A DNA stretch of 63,203 nt, counting the filler, from Chiloscyllium plagiosum (lineage: Eukaryota), in assembly GCF_004010195.1 (NCBI RefSeq). It is 4 parts of one record of this genome, joined end to end, with 100 filler letters (N's around TTAATTAATTAA, not from the genome) between each part and the next. Parts side by side here need not be neighbours in the genome. Positions count along the whole stretch, not along the records: positions 9,039 to 36,329 come from NC_057713.1; 3 more parts are not named here. The stretch is one strand, 5' to 3'. Every line of letters begins with the position of its first letter. The stretch's first letter is position 1. The notes under the pieces were generated by a model. It did not search any database. It was not told the origin of the DNA and worked only from the letters and a program-made list of their open reading frames with translations. Positions 23,046 through 35,852 of the stretch are shown here, piece by piece. The translations under genes and the position numbers were made by a program.

Positions 23046-25239
23046 TGATGTCACCAAATTCCTGTACCAATGCAATGGCAGGAGACACTAAAAAATGAAT
23101 TTAGCTGGTCAACGTGTAATGCCATCCTCCTGCTGAAGTGCTTCCATTTTGCGACATCTGCTCTACACAAAAGTTGAACCAATTCTGTAAGGGGGAGGGG
23201 GGGCTTTCCCACTGAAAGAACTGCTAACCAGTTCACAATCACCCGATTGTTGAAATAGTATGTGTTGTAAAACCCCAGCTGGTGCATTGTTGTCCTTTCT
23301 AGTCTGGGCTGCTACCTGATTTCAGTCAAACAATGATTTAACTGAATCTTAAACTGCCTTCTGAGCTGGCTGAGCATGTTCTGGGCAGCTAGGATGAGCA
23401 ATAAATGCCAACCTTGCCAGTAATGCTGACAGCCTATGAATGGATAAAAAAGGTTTAAAATTATCTGCTTCATTAAAAAAAAGCCCTCTACTTTCCAAAA
23501 GCTGTTGCTATTTAGCTATAATTAATATTAAATTAAAAGTGTGTATAAGGCTAAAATGTATGATATGAAAATAGATGTTGAATTGGATCTGGAGGAGGCC
23601 TTGGGTCAAATATCAAACATCATTTTCTGAAGCTGGATCTAAATATTAATTCTCTGGATAGTATCAGAATGGTTCCTGGAATCAGTGACTTGAATGATGT
23701 GGAGCAATGGCATTGTTAATGTTAAAGTAGAATACCTTAACGGGAGCTTTAATAAGGTGCTGCAACCCCCCCCAGTTCATTCATAATTACTGGCCCTCGT
23801 TTTGGCAGAAAGGTCGCTAACCAAGGAATGCAGAATGACCAAAGAATTGGAGATTCCAGACAATATATGGTCCAAAAGATCCTCAACAGAACAAGTAAAG
23901 GATGACTATGGATCTTCTTAATTGTGAAGGGCAAAGAAGGCCGAGGCCAGAAGATGGTCCCAATTGCTCGCCACAATATGATTACCAACCCATTAATAAT
24001 ATGTGGACAGTGATGGCACTGCATGCTCCCATGTTGAAGAAAGTCAGGTACAAGCATTTACCAGAGTATACTGCGATCCTGGAGAGATGACGTCCTTAAA
24101 TCAAGGCACAGCTGACGACAATGAGAAGGGTAATGAAATGGAAGAATTGTTACAGCAAGGAAAGGTGTAATTCTGCCCATATGTCAGTGCTAGCTCTTGT
24201 AAAGTGTAAAGAGATTACTTTAAGGCAACTAGTTAGAATCTGGAATGTTTTGAATGAATAGGTGACAGAAGCAGAGTCAGTAGTAGCTTTTGCAAAAGGA
24301 ATGTGCCTGATAAGCAAAACAATTGCAAGGCAACGAGGAGAGAGCATCAGAGTTGAGCTGATTGGATAGCCCTTTCGAACGGCCAGTATTGGCACAATGG
24401 GTTAAAATCCATTCTGTGATGTGTTATTGTGTGTGGACCCCAGTAGCAGGTGGTGCAATCAAATCGTTGGCCGTTTCCTGAAGAACACTGGACCTCATGA
24501 TGCTGTAACCATATAGTGGTTTTTTACAAAGGGTTTTTGGTGGCGATTTCAGAGTAAACCCTTCGAGTATGCACCAATATGTAATTATATATTGAAGTAT
24601 TCCATCATTTATTTGGACAATTAAGTCAACTGCCCATTGTAATCAATTAAAGGTGGGCCTTGTCCATAATCAGTCTGACTATAAATGCTGCAATATGAGT
24701 TAATCCTTTTACAGTAAATTGCCCTATAAGGTGTATTTACTGCAGCTTAAGGTCAAGGGCCAATGTGGGTAGTGATATTGTTGGTCTGCCAGCATACTTG
24801 TCGTCTTATCAAGCAAGTATGTAACTTCTTGTCCTAATTTTTTCTGGCATATGGATGAAATGATTTAGTGGCCTCCATGGTCAATGTTGTAATTAACAGC
24901 TGATCCCGAAATAAGACATACGATCAAATGCAAAGGTGGTCTTTGCAACATTTGCGGAGCTGATTAGCAATAGTTTAAAAAGTGGCTACCGGCAGACGTC
25001 AGCTGGAATGAAGTGATAGACTTTGAAAACTGAAAATAGTGATTAGGAGATATTGGTGTGGTGGGAATATCAGTTAATCAGTCAGTGAGGTAACCAATCT
25101 AATTCTGTGCAGACATGGGTTCAAATCCCACCATGATGGTTGGTGAAATTTATATTCAATCTGGAATATTGAGCTAGTGACCATGGTAACTATCAACAAT
25201 TCTTATAAAACTGCAACTAGCTTATTAATGTTATTTAGG

Positions 25240-26095
25240 GAAAAGAGCAGAACGTTATTTAAATTAAGAAAGACAACAGAAAGATGCAGCACCAGGGGAT
25301 TTTTGGATCCTCTTACCTGAGTCATAATAAGCTAACATGCAAGTTCATTGTGTATCAGGAAGGCAAATGGATGGTTTGCCTTTATTTCATTGAGAATTGA
25401 GTGTAAAAATAGGGAGGTCTTACTAAAACAGCGTTAGTTTAACCACGCTTAGAGTACTGTGAACATATTTCGTCCTGTTACCAAAGCAGCAATATTTTGG
25501 CATTGGAGCCATTCCAGAGAAGGTTCATGAAGTCAAATCCAGATCTGGAGGGGTCTGCTAATGAGATGAGATTGTCGGTTGGGCCTGTCCTCATAGGCGT
25601 TTAGAAGAACCTTGTTGAAATTTATAATTAAGGTGATCGATAGGGTACATGTTGTTTCCCTTTGTGGAAGAATTGAGGAGAAAGTGAGGTCTGCAGATGC
25701 TGGAGATCAGAGCTGAAAATGTGTTGCTGGAAAAGCGCAGCAGGTCAGGCAGCATCCAGGGAACAGGAGAATCGACGTTTCTGGCATAAGCCCTTCTTCA
25801 AGAATTGAGGACCAGAGGGCATAGTATCAAAGTAAGAAATCACCCATTTAAGACTGAGACAAGGAAGAATCGCTTTGAAAGTAGTGAATCTGTGGAATTC
25901 TTTAATGCCTAGGGCTGTTGAGGAAGGGCCATTAAGTATATTCAAAGTTAGGATAGATTTTTAATCAGTACGGGTTCTGGAGAAAGGGCAGAAAAATGGA
26001 GTTGAGGGTTATCAGATCGACCAGGATGTCGTTAAATGGTGGAGCAGATTCAGTGGGCTAAATGACTAGCTTCTGCATCCCATGGTCTTAAGGTT
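25240..26095 (+). mobile_element. Old CR1 3' region containing a pLTR insertion
   Basis: Remnants ttagagtactgtg, ccagagaaggttca and gtgaatctgtggaattc. Confidence 0.7.
25680..25799 (-). mobile_element. Single-arm PLE pLTR insertion truncated within the hammerhead core
   Basis: 12-bp TSD aagaattgagga at 25668-25679 and 25800-25811. Confidence 0.87.
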
Positions 26096-26919
26096 GAAAA
26101 TCTGCCATTCTTTCCCGGTATGATCGACTCCAGACACACTGCAATGTGGTTCACTCTTAACTGCCCTCTGAAATAGCCTAGCAAGGCACTCAGTGCATGA
26201 GCTGTTTGGAATGAGCAACAATGCCGGTCTTGCCAGCACGCCCACATGAATGATAAATGAAAAACAGTTACTTTTGGAATGCAAGTAAGCTCAGTGATGA
26301 GGAATTTATGTACACAGCTTGATGGAACATTAAAGAGAGTACCTGGGTTGATGTGGTGATATCATATTAAAATCAATTCCCTGGAGCTAGGTTTATTAAA
26401 GAAGTATAAACGAAAAGATAACTGAGGCCACGTAAATCGATGATAGCTTCTTGAGTGGATTAGAATCAGCATTGGTTTTTCTTGTTTGTTAGATTTATTT
26501 AGCCTGTTAACCTGTTCAGCTATGTTGTGATGCCATACCTGACCTGCATCCTAACTCTATCTCCTTTAACAGCGCTGGCTCATTAGACTATCTCAGATTT
26601 AAACTTATTAGTTGACTTTGCTGTCATTCTTTTTAATCTTATTTTTATTTCTGCCAGAGCCCTTCCCCCTCAGTTATGTTGATTTAAAGTTCTTTCTGGA
26701 GCCCTATTTAGCCTTTCAGCTTTGAACTGTGTCCCTGCCTGGCTTAGGCGATGCCCATCCAGAACCATAGCGTGCTCCTACCAATACAATTATCAAAATC
26801 CTATCACATGCAACCACTTTCTTGTTCAAATATCTTTGCCACATGTCAGCTTTCCGAATCTATTTCGCCCTATGTAAATTTGCTTGTACTCAAATGTATT
26901 GAGCTTGCACAGAATCTGT

Positions 26920-29900
26920 CAGTTGTTATGACACAAAAGGAGGCCACTCAGCCCATTGTGCCTGTACCAGTTTGTTAAATGAGCATCATGACATGTGTCG
27001 ATTTCCTGCTTCCACATCCTGCCCCGATAATGTTGCACATCACTCGATTCAAATAATCATCTGAATGCCTTAATTGAATCTGCCTGCACCACACCTTAAC
27101 TACTGAGTGAAAATTTTCATTTTCTCACAATGCTCTTGCTTCATTTGTAAATCACTTCAAATCTGTGCTCTCTCATTCCTGTTTCTTTTACAACAGGGAA
27201 CAGCTCCATCTAGTCACCTCATGATTTTGAAAACCTCTCTCAAATCTCCTCTCAGCCATGTTCTCTTCAAGGAGACTAGTCCCACATCTTCAATCTTTCC
27301 TCCTAATTGAAGTTTCTCATTCTTGTACATCACTTCTGCACTTTATCGAACGCATTCACGTTTTTCCTATAATTCGGCAGCCAGCTGAGATCTAACAAGT
27401 TCAGCATCACCCCCTTGCCCTTTAATGCTTTACCCCTATTAATAAAGCCAAGAACTTTATTATTAATATTAACTGCTTTCTCCACTTGTCCTGTCACCTT
27501 CAATGATCTGTGCATATGTGCACTCTGCCCTGCCCTCTTTAGAATTGTACCTTCTATTTTACATTGTTTTTCAATGTTCATCCGACCAAAGTGCATCACC
27601 TCACACTTCTCTGCACTGAACCTCATTTGTCACCTATATGCAGAGTCCACCAACTTGTTAATGTACTTTTGAAGTTCCACACTGTCCTCCTCACAGTTTA
27701 TGGTTCTTACAAATTTTGTTTCATCTGCAAAGTTTAAAATTGTTCCCTGTGCATCAAGATCCAAATCCTTAATGTATTGTAAGGATCCCAATATGAACAC
27801 CCGTAGAACTCCATTACAAAGTTTTCTCCAGTCTGGAAAATATCCATGGCTATTTCTCTATTTCCTATCGCTCAACCAATTTTTGTATCTGTGTTGCTCC
27901 TATATCTCTTATTACATGCTTCACAATTCAATTATGTAGCACTATCATGTGTGCATGAATACCACATTAACAGCATTACTATCATTCAATCTCTCTGTTA
28001 CCACTTCACAAAATATCAGCAAATAATTCAACATGATTTCTCATTTAGAAATCAATGATGACTCTTATTAATCAACTCAGCTTTTTCCATTTGACTACTA
28101 ATTTTATCCTGGGCATACTGAGACATTATGGCAAGTGGTCTAGCAGTTTCTCCATTAATTTCATTCAAAATCCTCAGATGCATCTCATCCAGTTCCAGTA
28201 CGTTGTCAACATTACAGAACATTTTCCTGATTATTTTTGACCCCTCCTTTTGACAGCATTTCCCCCTCTTTGGCACAGCCTAATCAGCATCATCTTTTGT
28301 AAAGACAACTGCAAAGTATTCATTTAAAATCCCTGGTGCGACCCATGCCTCCAAATGTAAATCTCCTTTTAGCCTTGAATCAGCCCTGCACCTCCTTTAA
28401 CTACCTCTTCTTATTTATATGTCTGGAGATGATGTTGAGATTCTCCTTTGTATTACCTGCTAGTCTTTTCTCAAAATTCCCATTTATTTATCTTATACAC
28501 TTTTTCATCTCCTGTCTAAACCTTGAGTATTTCGTTTGGTTCTCAACTGTATTTTCTGCATTAAACTTGTCAAGAACACTTTTTTTCCTTTCTGACATTA
28601 ATTTCTCCCTCCATTGTCATCAAGGAACTTTGGATTTATTTGTCCTACCTTTCCCATTTGAGGGAATATGCCCAAGCCATCACCTCTTTGAAAGTGGCCC
28701 ATTGCTTGGTTACTGTTAATCATGCCAACCTTAGTATGTAGACAGGCAGAAGAGGGGAGAGGCCATTTTGGATTTGGTGCTTGGCAATAAGCCAGGACTG
28801 GTGTCAGATCTCGCGGTGGGAGAACACTTTGGTGATAGTGACCATAACTGCCTCACATTTTCCATAGCCATGGAGAGAGAAAGGAGCAGTTACCATGGGA
28901 AGATATTTAATTGGGGAAAAGGAATTTATGACGCTATCAGACAGGAGTTGGGAAAGTACAGACTGTGAGCAATTGTTCCACAGAAAGGGGACAGCAGACG
29001 TGTGGAGACTGTTTAAGGAGCAGTTGCAAGTGATGCATAAATTTGTTCCTTTGAGACAGGCAAGAAGGGGTAAGATTAATGAGCCTTGGGGTGGCGAGAA
29101 CAGAGGAGCTTCTTGTCAAAAGGAAGAAGGCAGCTTATGTAAGGTGGAGGAAGCAAGGGTCGAGCACAGCTTTAGAGGATTACAGGCTTGATAGAAAGGA
29201 TCTTAGACATGGACTGAGGAGAGCCAGGAGAGGGCATGAAAAAGGCTTGATGGGGAGGATTAGGGAGAACCCAAAGGCATTTTACTCGTACGTGAGGAAT
29301 AAGAGAATGATCATGGAGAAGGTAGGGCCGGTCAGGGATAGCTTAGGGAACTTGTGTGTGGAGTCTGAGCAGATAGGGAAAGCCCTAAATGAGTTTTCAC
29401 TTTGGTTTTCACTTCACTTCAAGGAAAGGGACCTTGTTGTGAATGAGAACTTTGAGGAGCTGGGATACAATAATACAATAGATCAAGTTTGATGAAGTTG
29501 ATGTGCTGGAAACTTTGGCAAACATTAAGGTTGATAAGTCCCCAGGGCCAGACCACATTTATCCTAGGCTGCTCCGGGAAGCGAGAAAGGAGGTTGCTAA
29601 GCCACTGGCGAAGATCTTTGCTTCGTCACTCTCCACGGGAATTGTTCCAGAGGTTTGGAGGGAGGCGAATGTTGTTCCTCTTTTCAAGAAGGGGAATAGA
29701 GAAGTGCCTGGCAATTACAGACCAGTCAGTCTCACGTCTGTGGTCCACAAGGTATTGGAAAGGATTCTGAGGGAAAGAATTTATGACTATTTGGAAAAGT
29801 ATAGCATGATTAAAGGCAGTCAGCATGGCTTTGTGAGGGGCAGGTCATGTCTCACAAATCTTATTGAAGTCTTTGAGGACTTGACGAGACAGCTCGGTGA

Positions 29901-31460
29901 AGGTCGGGCAGTGGATGTGGTGTATATAGACTTCAGCAAGACATTTGATAAGATTCCCCATGGTAGGCTCATTCATAAAGTCAGGAGGAATGGGATACAG
30001 GGAGATTTGGCTGACAGAAGGTAGAGAGTGGTTGTATTCTTCCTGGAGGTCAGTGGTGAGTGGTGTCCCTCAGGGCTCTGTTCTTGGGCCTCTGCTCTTT
30101 GCAGTTTTTATAAATGACTTGGATGAGGAGGGTGAGGTGTGGGTTAGTAAATTTGCCGATGACACAAAGGTTGGAGGTGCTGTTGATAGTATCGAGGATT
30201 ATTGCAGGCTGCAGCGCGACAATGACAGTATGCAGAGAAATGGCAGGTGAAGTTCAACCCAGATAGATGCATTTTGGAAGGTCAAACTTGAATGCTAAAT
30301 ATAGGATTAAAGACAGGATTCTTGGCAGTGTGGAGGAACAGTTGGATCTTGGTGCATAGATCCCTCAAAGTTGCCACCCAAGTGGACAGGGTTGTTAAGA
30401 AAGCATATGGTGTTTTGTCTTTCATTAACAGGGGGATCGAGTTTAAGAGCCACAAGGTTTTGCTACAGCTCTGTAAGTCCCTGGTGAGAACACACTTGGA
30501 AAACTGTCCAGTTCTGGTCACCCAATTATAGCAAAGATACGGAGGCTTTGAAGAGGGTGCAAAGAAGGTTTACCAGGATGCTGCCTGGATAGGACGGCTT
30601 GTCTTATGAAGAGAGGTTGACTAAGCTCGAATTTCTTTCTCTGTAGAGGAGGAGGAAGAGGTGTGACCTGATCGAGGTATACAAGGTAATGAGAGGCACG
30701 GATAGAGTCAATAGCCAGAGACTTTTCCCCAGGGCAGGAGAGACTGGCATGAGGGATCATAGTTTTAAGGTGTTAGGAGGAAGGTGTAGAGGAGACGTCA
30801 GAGGTAGGTCCTTTACGCAGAGAGTTGTGAATGTGTGGAATGTGTTGCCAGTCGTGGTGATGGAAGCAGAGTCATCAGGGACATTTAAGCAACTGCTGGG
30901 CATGCACATGGACAGCACTGAATTGAAGGGTGCGTAGGTTAGGTTATTTTATTTTAGATTAGGAATAATCCTCGGCACAGCATCATGGGCTGAAGGACCT
31001 GTTCTGTGCTGTCTTTTCTATGTTCACTTAATCCTGGCCAACTCTGTTTTTGCCCCATTGAAGACAGCTCTTTGCCTGTTGACTTTTCTCCCACTGTCAA
31101 AAATCACAAACATTAGGTTATGGTCCAACAGGTTTATTTGAAAACACACGCTTTCAGAGCCCCAGGCAGCTAGCCAGTGTTTCTCACACTGGATTGTTGT
31201 ATGTCATTCTCCCTCACCATTTTGAACTGTACGATGCAATACTCACTATCTCCTAAATGTTCTCCCACTGACACGTGATCCACTTAGTCCACCTCATTTT
31301 GAAGGATCATGTCCAACAATGCAGCTTTTCTTATTGGATTAGGCACACATCACTGTCAGAAGCTCTCCTGAACACAGTTTAGGAACACTTGCTCCTCACT
31401 GGCTATTATACTACCAGTATCCCAGTCTATATATGATTAAGTGAATTCCCCCATTATAAC
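26920..31460 (-). mobile_element. Old CR1 LINE (RT to endonuclease) split by a younger + strand CR1
   Basis: MRFSAEKCEVMHFGR and an FADE remnant at ~27720; APE remnant VIMGEF at ~31450. Confidence 0.7.
28731..31027 (+). mobile_element. CR1/HER1 LINE, 5'-truncated ORF2 (APE C-terminus + RT), disrupted
   Basis: [73 protein letters not shown]; 3' tail. Degenerate TSD ttaatcatgccaac / ttaatcctggccaac. Confidence 0.95.
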
Positions 31461-32382
31461 TTGAAATAGCAATAAAACCATCAAGAATGAGTATAAGAAC
31501 ACAGAGTGATTTTGCTAGAATGCTTTCTAGTATAAAATACAAGCACAACAAATTGAGAGGAGGAACTGGGGCTTTTTGTAACATTGCAAATTATGGGAGT
31601 AATATAACAGAAATCTGGTTTTACGTGCATGGGGCAAGGTGGACAGGAGCTGGTGAATGTAATTCTCTGCAGTGGAAGTGTTCAGAATTTGGGACTGGAG
31701 GTGAAGAGAGAGTGAAATAAAATTTGTAACAAAGAGTTGTGAGGTTGTGAAATTGAGATTATTCGATGAGGAACCGACTGTATCAACATCAAAAGTTAGC
31801 TTGGTATTTAAGTGGATGAAGAAAGGGAAAAGGAATACGTGAAGAGGGTGAGTAAATGTCATTTGCTTGAAGGCAGGCAGCATCTTGAATTTGCTTGAGC
31901 CAAGTGTGTATTGTTGTAGTTGTATATTAGTCAACATAAAACTTCTGGCTCTTTGATTTTTCTACCACCTTGTCTACAACTGGTCATGGAAGAAATCAAA
32001 AAGTTGCCAATAATTTCTTTTGTTCTCATTGTTTGACACTTCAAAGTGAAACACCCTGTATTTAAGACAAACTTCTGTGAAAGTTGTAGCTGTCGAGCAT
32101 ATTTCAAAATGAATTGAATTTGTTTTCAGAAGATGCCTGGTTGTTGTGTGGAATTATTTCCAAGTTGAGGACTTTGGTTGGCAGTACTTGACACAGGAAT
32201 AACCGTTGCAAGTTTGAATGCTGGGTGGGGGTTACCACTGTTCTTGACTTTGGAGGACTTGTTCTGTCAGAGCTATTTATGCCACTTGCAGTGAAAAATT
32301 AAGAAATAATATTCCTCCACTTGTTCTGACATTCATGAAGAATCTAAAGGCTGTGTATTTATGGTTGGTCTTTGTTTCTTAG

Positions 32383-32496
32383 AAATCGCAGCCAAATGGG
32401 CGAGCGGGAACTGAACCATTAGACGAGGAAATTCTTCACCCGTTTGAAAAGCTAATTGTCAAACAACAACTGGACACTGAGAAGAAAACAGAAAAG
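32383..32496 (+). CDS. Candidate internal coding exon of an unidentified gene: KSQPNGRAGTEPLDEEILHPFEKLIVKQQLDTEKKTEK
   Basis: Acceptor gtctttgtttcttag, donor AAG|gtttgt. 114 nt, phase 0-0, no stops, several retained CpGs in an AT-rich background. Confidence 0.65.
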
Positions 32497-33290
32497 GTTT
32501 GTTAAAGTGTGTGTGTCAGATGTTTTAATTTTTGGATATGATATTTGTGTAAGCACATGTGCTAAACCAGCTATTTCAAATAAGTAATTGTGAGTGATGT
32601 TCTACTATAGCAACTTGTATTCAAAGCCTTTTAGTAAAATTAATTATAGAACATTTCAAAGATGTATTCAAAAAGTAGTTACTGGAACAAGGTGGGTGGG
32701 ATTCATTTTGCAGCTTTACGTGTTTGGAAACAACTGAATGGGTGAGCGTGGATGAATCCTTGTATCCAATAATAAAAACACATATTGCAGTGGTTCAAAG
32801 GGATGGCCCATCGTAATCTTGGGCAGCAAGTTTTGACGATAATGTACAGAACTTGACCATGTCTCAAAGATAAGTTCAAAGCACAACATGGTTGAAGTTA
32901 GAATTTTACGTTCAACTTGATGAAATACTTTGGTTATGCCTTACAGCATAATGTGATAGTGTAATGTGGTTGATGGTTCTAGAACGTAAGAAATAGGAAC
33001 AGGAGTAAACCATAATTATATTTTAGGTGAAAGGACAATTTGGGCAAGAATTGCAAGAGAAAGGTGAGGAAGAATTTTTTAATCCAGCAAGTGGTAATGA
33101 ACTGGAAGTGCGATGTATTCAGGATGGGGGTGGCTATGATTTTTCAAAAGTAAATCCAGTGGGCACGTGGGTGAAATAAACTTAAAAAGCTGCATGGGTA
33201 GAACAGAGAAAAGGGATGTAGGAGCAAACTACTGCAGATGCTGGAATCTGAACTGAAAACAAAAAATGCTGGAGATCATAGTGGGTCAGG

Positions 33291-33491
33291 GAGAAAGTGA
33301 GGTCTGTAGATGCTGGAGATCAGAGCTGAAAAATGTGTTGCTGGAAAAGCGCAGCAGGTCAGGCAGCATCCAAGGAGCAGGAGAATCGACGGTTCAGGAT
33401 TTCCTGAAGAAGGGCTTATGCCTGAAACGTCGATTCTCCTGCTCCTTGGATGTTGTCTGACTTGCTGCGCTTTTCCAGCAACACATTTTTC
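33291..33491. mobile_element. PLE pLTR-derived hairpin nested in an older related element (33220-33550)
   Basis: 18-bp TSD agatcatag(t/c)gggtcagg at 33273-33290 and 33492-33509. Confidence 0.9.
33404..33431 (+). ncRNA. Minimal type I hammerhead ribozyme motif
   Basis: CUGAAGA-A-GGGC-UUAU-GCCU-GAAA-CG-UC|GAUU. Core intact, G-U pair at the base of stem II, ACGU palindrome intact. Confidence 0.68.
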
Positions 33492-34939
33492 AGATCATAG
33501 CGGGTCAGGCAGCTTCCATGGAGAGAGAGCAAGCTAACATTTAGTGTCTAGATCGCATGTCAGCAGAGAAATTGAATGATTTGTTCCATAGAGAGCTGAC
33601 AGTCAGTGAGCTGAATATCCTTGCTCTCTGCTGTAAATGCTTTCAAACTCTAAATGCTTAGTTAAAATCACTTGCTCAAGTTTAAAATCTGGTGCTGATG
33701 TACAGTTAAATACCTGAGATAGTATGAACAATAAATATGATAGTTCACTTAGCTTTTATCAATTTATAGCAAGGAATAATATTTAGTTGAACTCTAAACA
33801 CTTGCAGTAGAGATTGTATTTGTTGCATTTAAATGTGGGAAGCTCATTTTTGTGGTAGATTCTTCAGATATTGGAGGTAGAACCCCAGGTTTTACTTGGA
33901 AGCAGGAAAGAACGTTATAAATATCAGCATCCTGGCCAATTTTATTTTTAAGGCAGTGGGGAACTTTCAGTTTTACACAATCCTGCAGAGTTTCTCCAGT
34001 CACGTTGCAACAGCTAAAAGTCTTTCCAGAGCAGCTTGGCCACACAAACTGCCACAGCTCAAGCAAGTATGACTTGTCACTTTTTTTTCCTGATTTGTTC
34101 TTTTCTCCCTCAAACAACTTCCTCACATATTAGACTCCAGTTGTGTTAAATCCACCGCTTCACCTCCCTCAGAAGGAGCAGGCTGACCTCGGGCACTCTG
34201 GGTGGCAGCCAAATTTCGTTGCTTCCTCCTGCAACCTTGCTGATATAGAGTCCAACCTCATTTGGGAAGTTTTAATTGCCAATGGGCAAGATTCCAATGT
34301 GTAGAACTTCCTTGTACTCAAATGAACGTATGAGCCTTTTAGTAGCAAAACTAAGGCTGCAGTCCTTTTTCAAAAAAAAAATCCATCCAAAATAGATGTA
34401 TAAACGTGATTCTTTCATGGGCATTTTATTCCTCATACCTAAATGTCTTTGAACTGAATGGCTTGTTAGGCCTTTTCAGAGTGGTTTAAAGTAACCACAT
34501 TCCTGTGGGTGTGGAATCATAGTTAAATTAATCAGCCATGACACACCTCCAGGGCTGGTGGAACCTGAACCTGTACCTCCTAGGCCAGAGGTAGGGACAC
34601 AGATGCTGTGCGCGAAGAGTCCTATGGTCTGGAGTCACATGTCATCCTGACGAGGTGAGGACAGCAGATTTCCTTTGGTGAAGGATATTAATGAATCAAA
34701 TGTGTTCTTATGGCAATCTATATTAGCTCAATGGTCACCATTAATAAGATTAGCATTCAATTTGACTTGGAATAATTGAGTTTAAATTCATCGGTTGTCT
34801 TGGTGGGATCTGAACCTATGACCCCAGAGCATTAGCTGAGTCCCTGGTTTACTTTGCAGTACTTTACCATTAGTACATTTCAGTTATGTCCTTGTTGTCC
34901 TTTCAAAATGTCATACATGTGTATTTTTCCATTCAACAG

Positions 34940-35008
34940 TCTGACAGTGCAGACTATAGTTCTCCAGACTTTTCAGCTTCTGGACAGAGTACACTAAATC
35001 GCACCTGA
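34940..35008 (+). CDS. Possible terminal coding exon: SDSADYSSPDFSASGQSTLNRT*
   Basis: Acceptor gtatttttccattcaacag; phase-0 frame compatible with 32383-32496; TGA at 35006-35008. No homology recognised. Confidence 0.3.
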   Translation, partial: SDSADYSSPDFSASGQSTLNRT

Positions 35009-35852
35009 TGCTCCATGCAATGTTGCCTGTCCACCCATTTCTTAGTGATGCACCACCAATCAACTGTTGATGACTCTGAGATCTGTGAAGGCAGATAAGA
35101 GCAAAGAAGCAAATGAACTGAAAGGGGAAAGTTAAAAGAAAAATATTCAAGATTAGTTTAGTGCAAGAATGCCAAAGCTATGTGGTTGAAGCAGATGCGT
35201 TGATGTCTTTCATGGAGAGCCACTGGTTATACAAGCCTTTCTAACAGGAGGCTTCAAACTTACAAGAAAGAGCATTGAGTTGAAGAGTTCCAGGGCAGGT
35301 TCGGGGAAGGCATGTGCAGAATGAGAATGTTTATTATGGACTTGGGATGGAAATAGAAGGGCAAAGCAAGTGAGGAAAAAAGGGCAGGTAACTTTGCAAT
35401 TAATTCTTAATTAGGTCTGATTGATGTTGTCACAAAATTACAACCTAGTTTTATGCCAAGAAGGATGGAAACAATATATACAGCTGATTCGTGCTCAGAA
35501 CTGAGGCTCTGAAGCCAACTGCTACCTTGCGCAGCGATTGAAGAGTTGATCGCAGACATTCAACAAATTAAATTAACCAGTGACTGAAAAGCCTGTGAAA
35601 AGCAAGGCCTTGCAGTGAGTTAACAGATGAAAGAGATTAGTTCCAATTTCATAGCCTCTGGACTCTCAAAGTAGTTCACACCCAGCAACAATTTTGAAGT
35701 GTAAATCCTGTTGTTATGTTGGTGGATACAGGACAGCATTTCTATCAAACAGCAAATCAGATGAATGGCCAGTTTTTCTGGTTTTGGCAATGGTACTTGA
35801 GGGAGGAACATAATCTCTGAATAAGTTGTGGGATAGGTAGTGTTGCAATTTA

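Noticed and set aside
33794..34126. 110-aa minus-strand ORF and a possible 78-nt + strand exon within it
   Set aside because: Weak splice sites, non-ATG start and no homology recognised.
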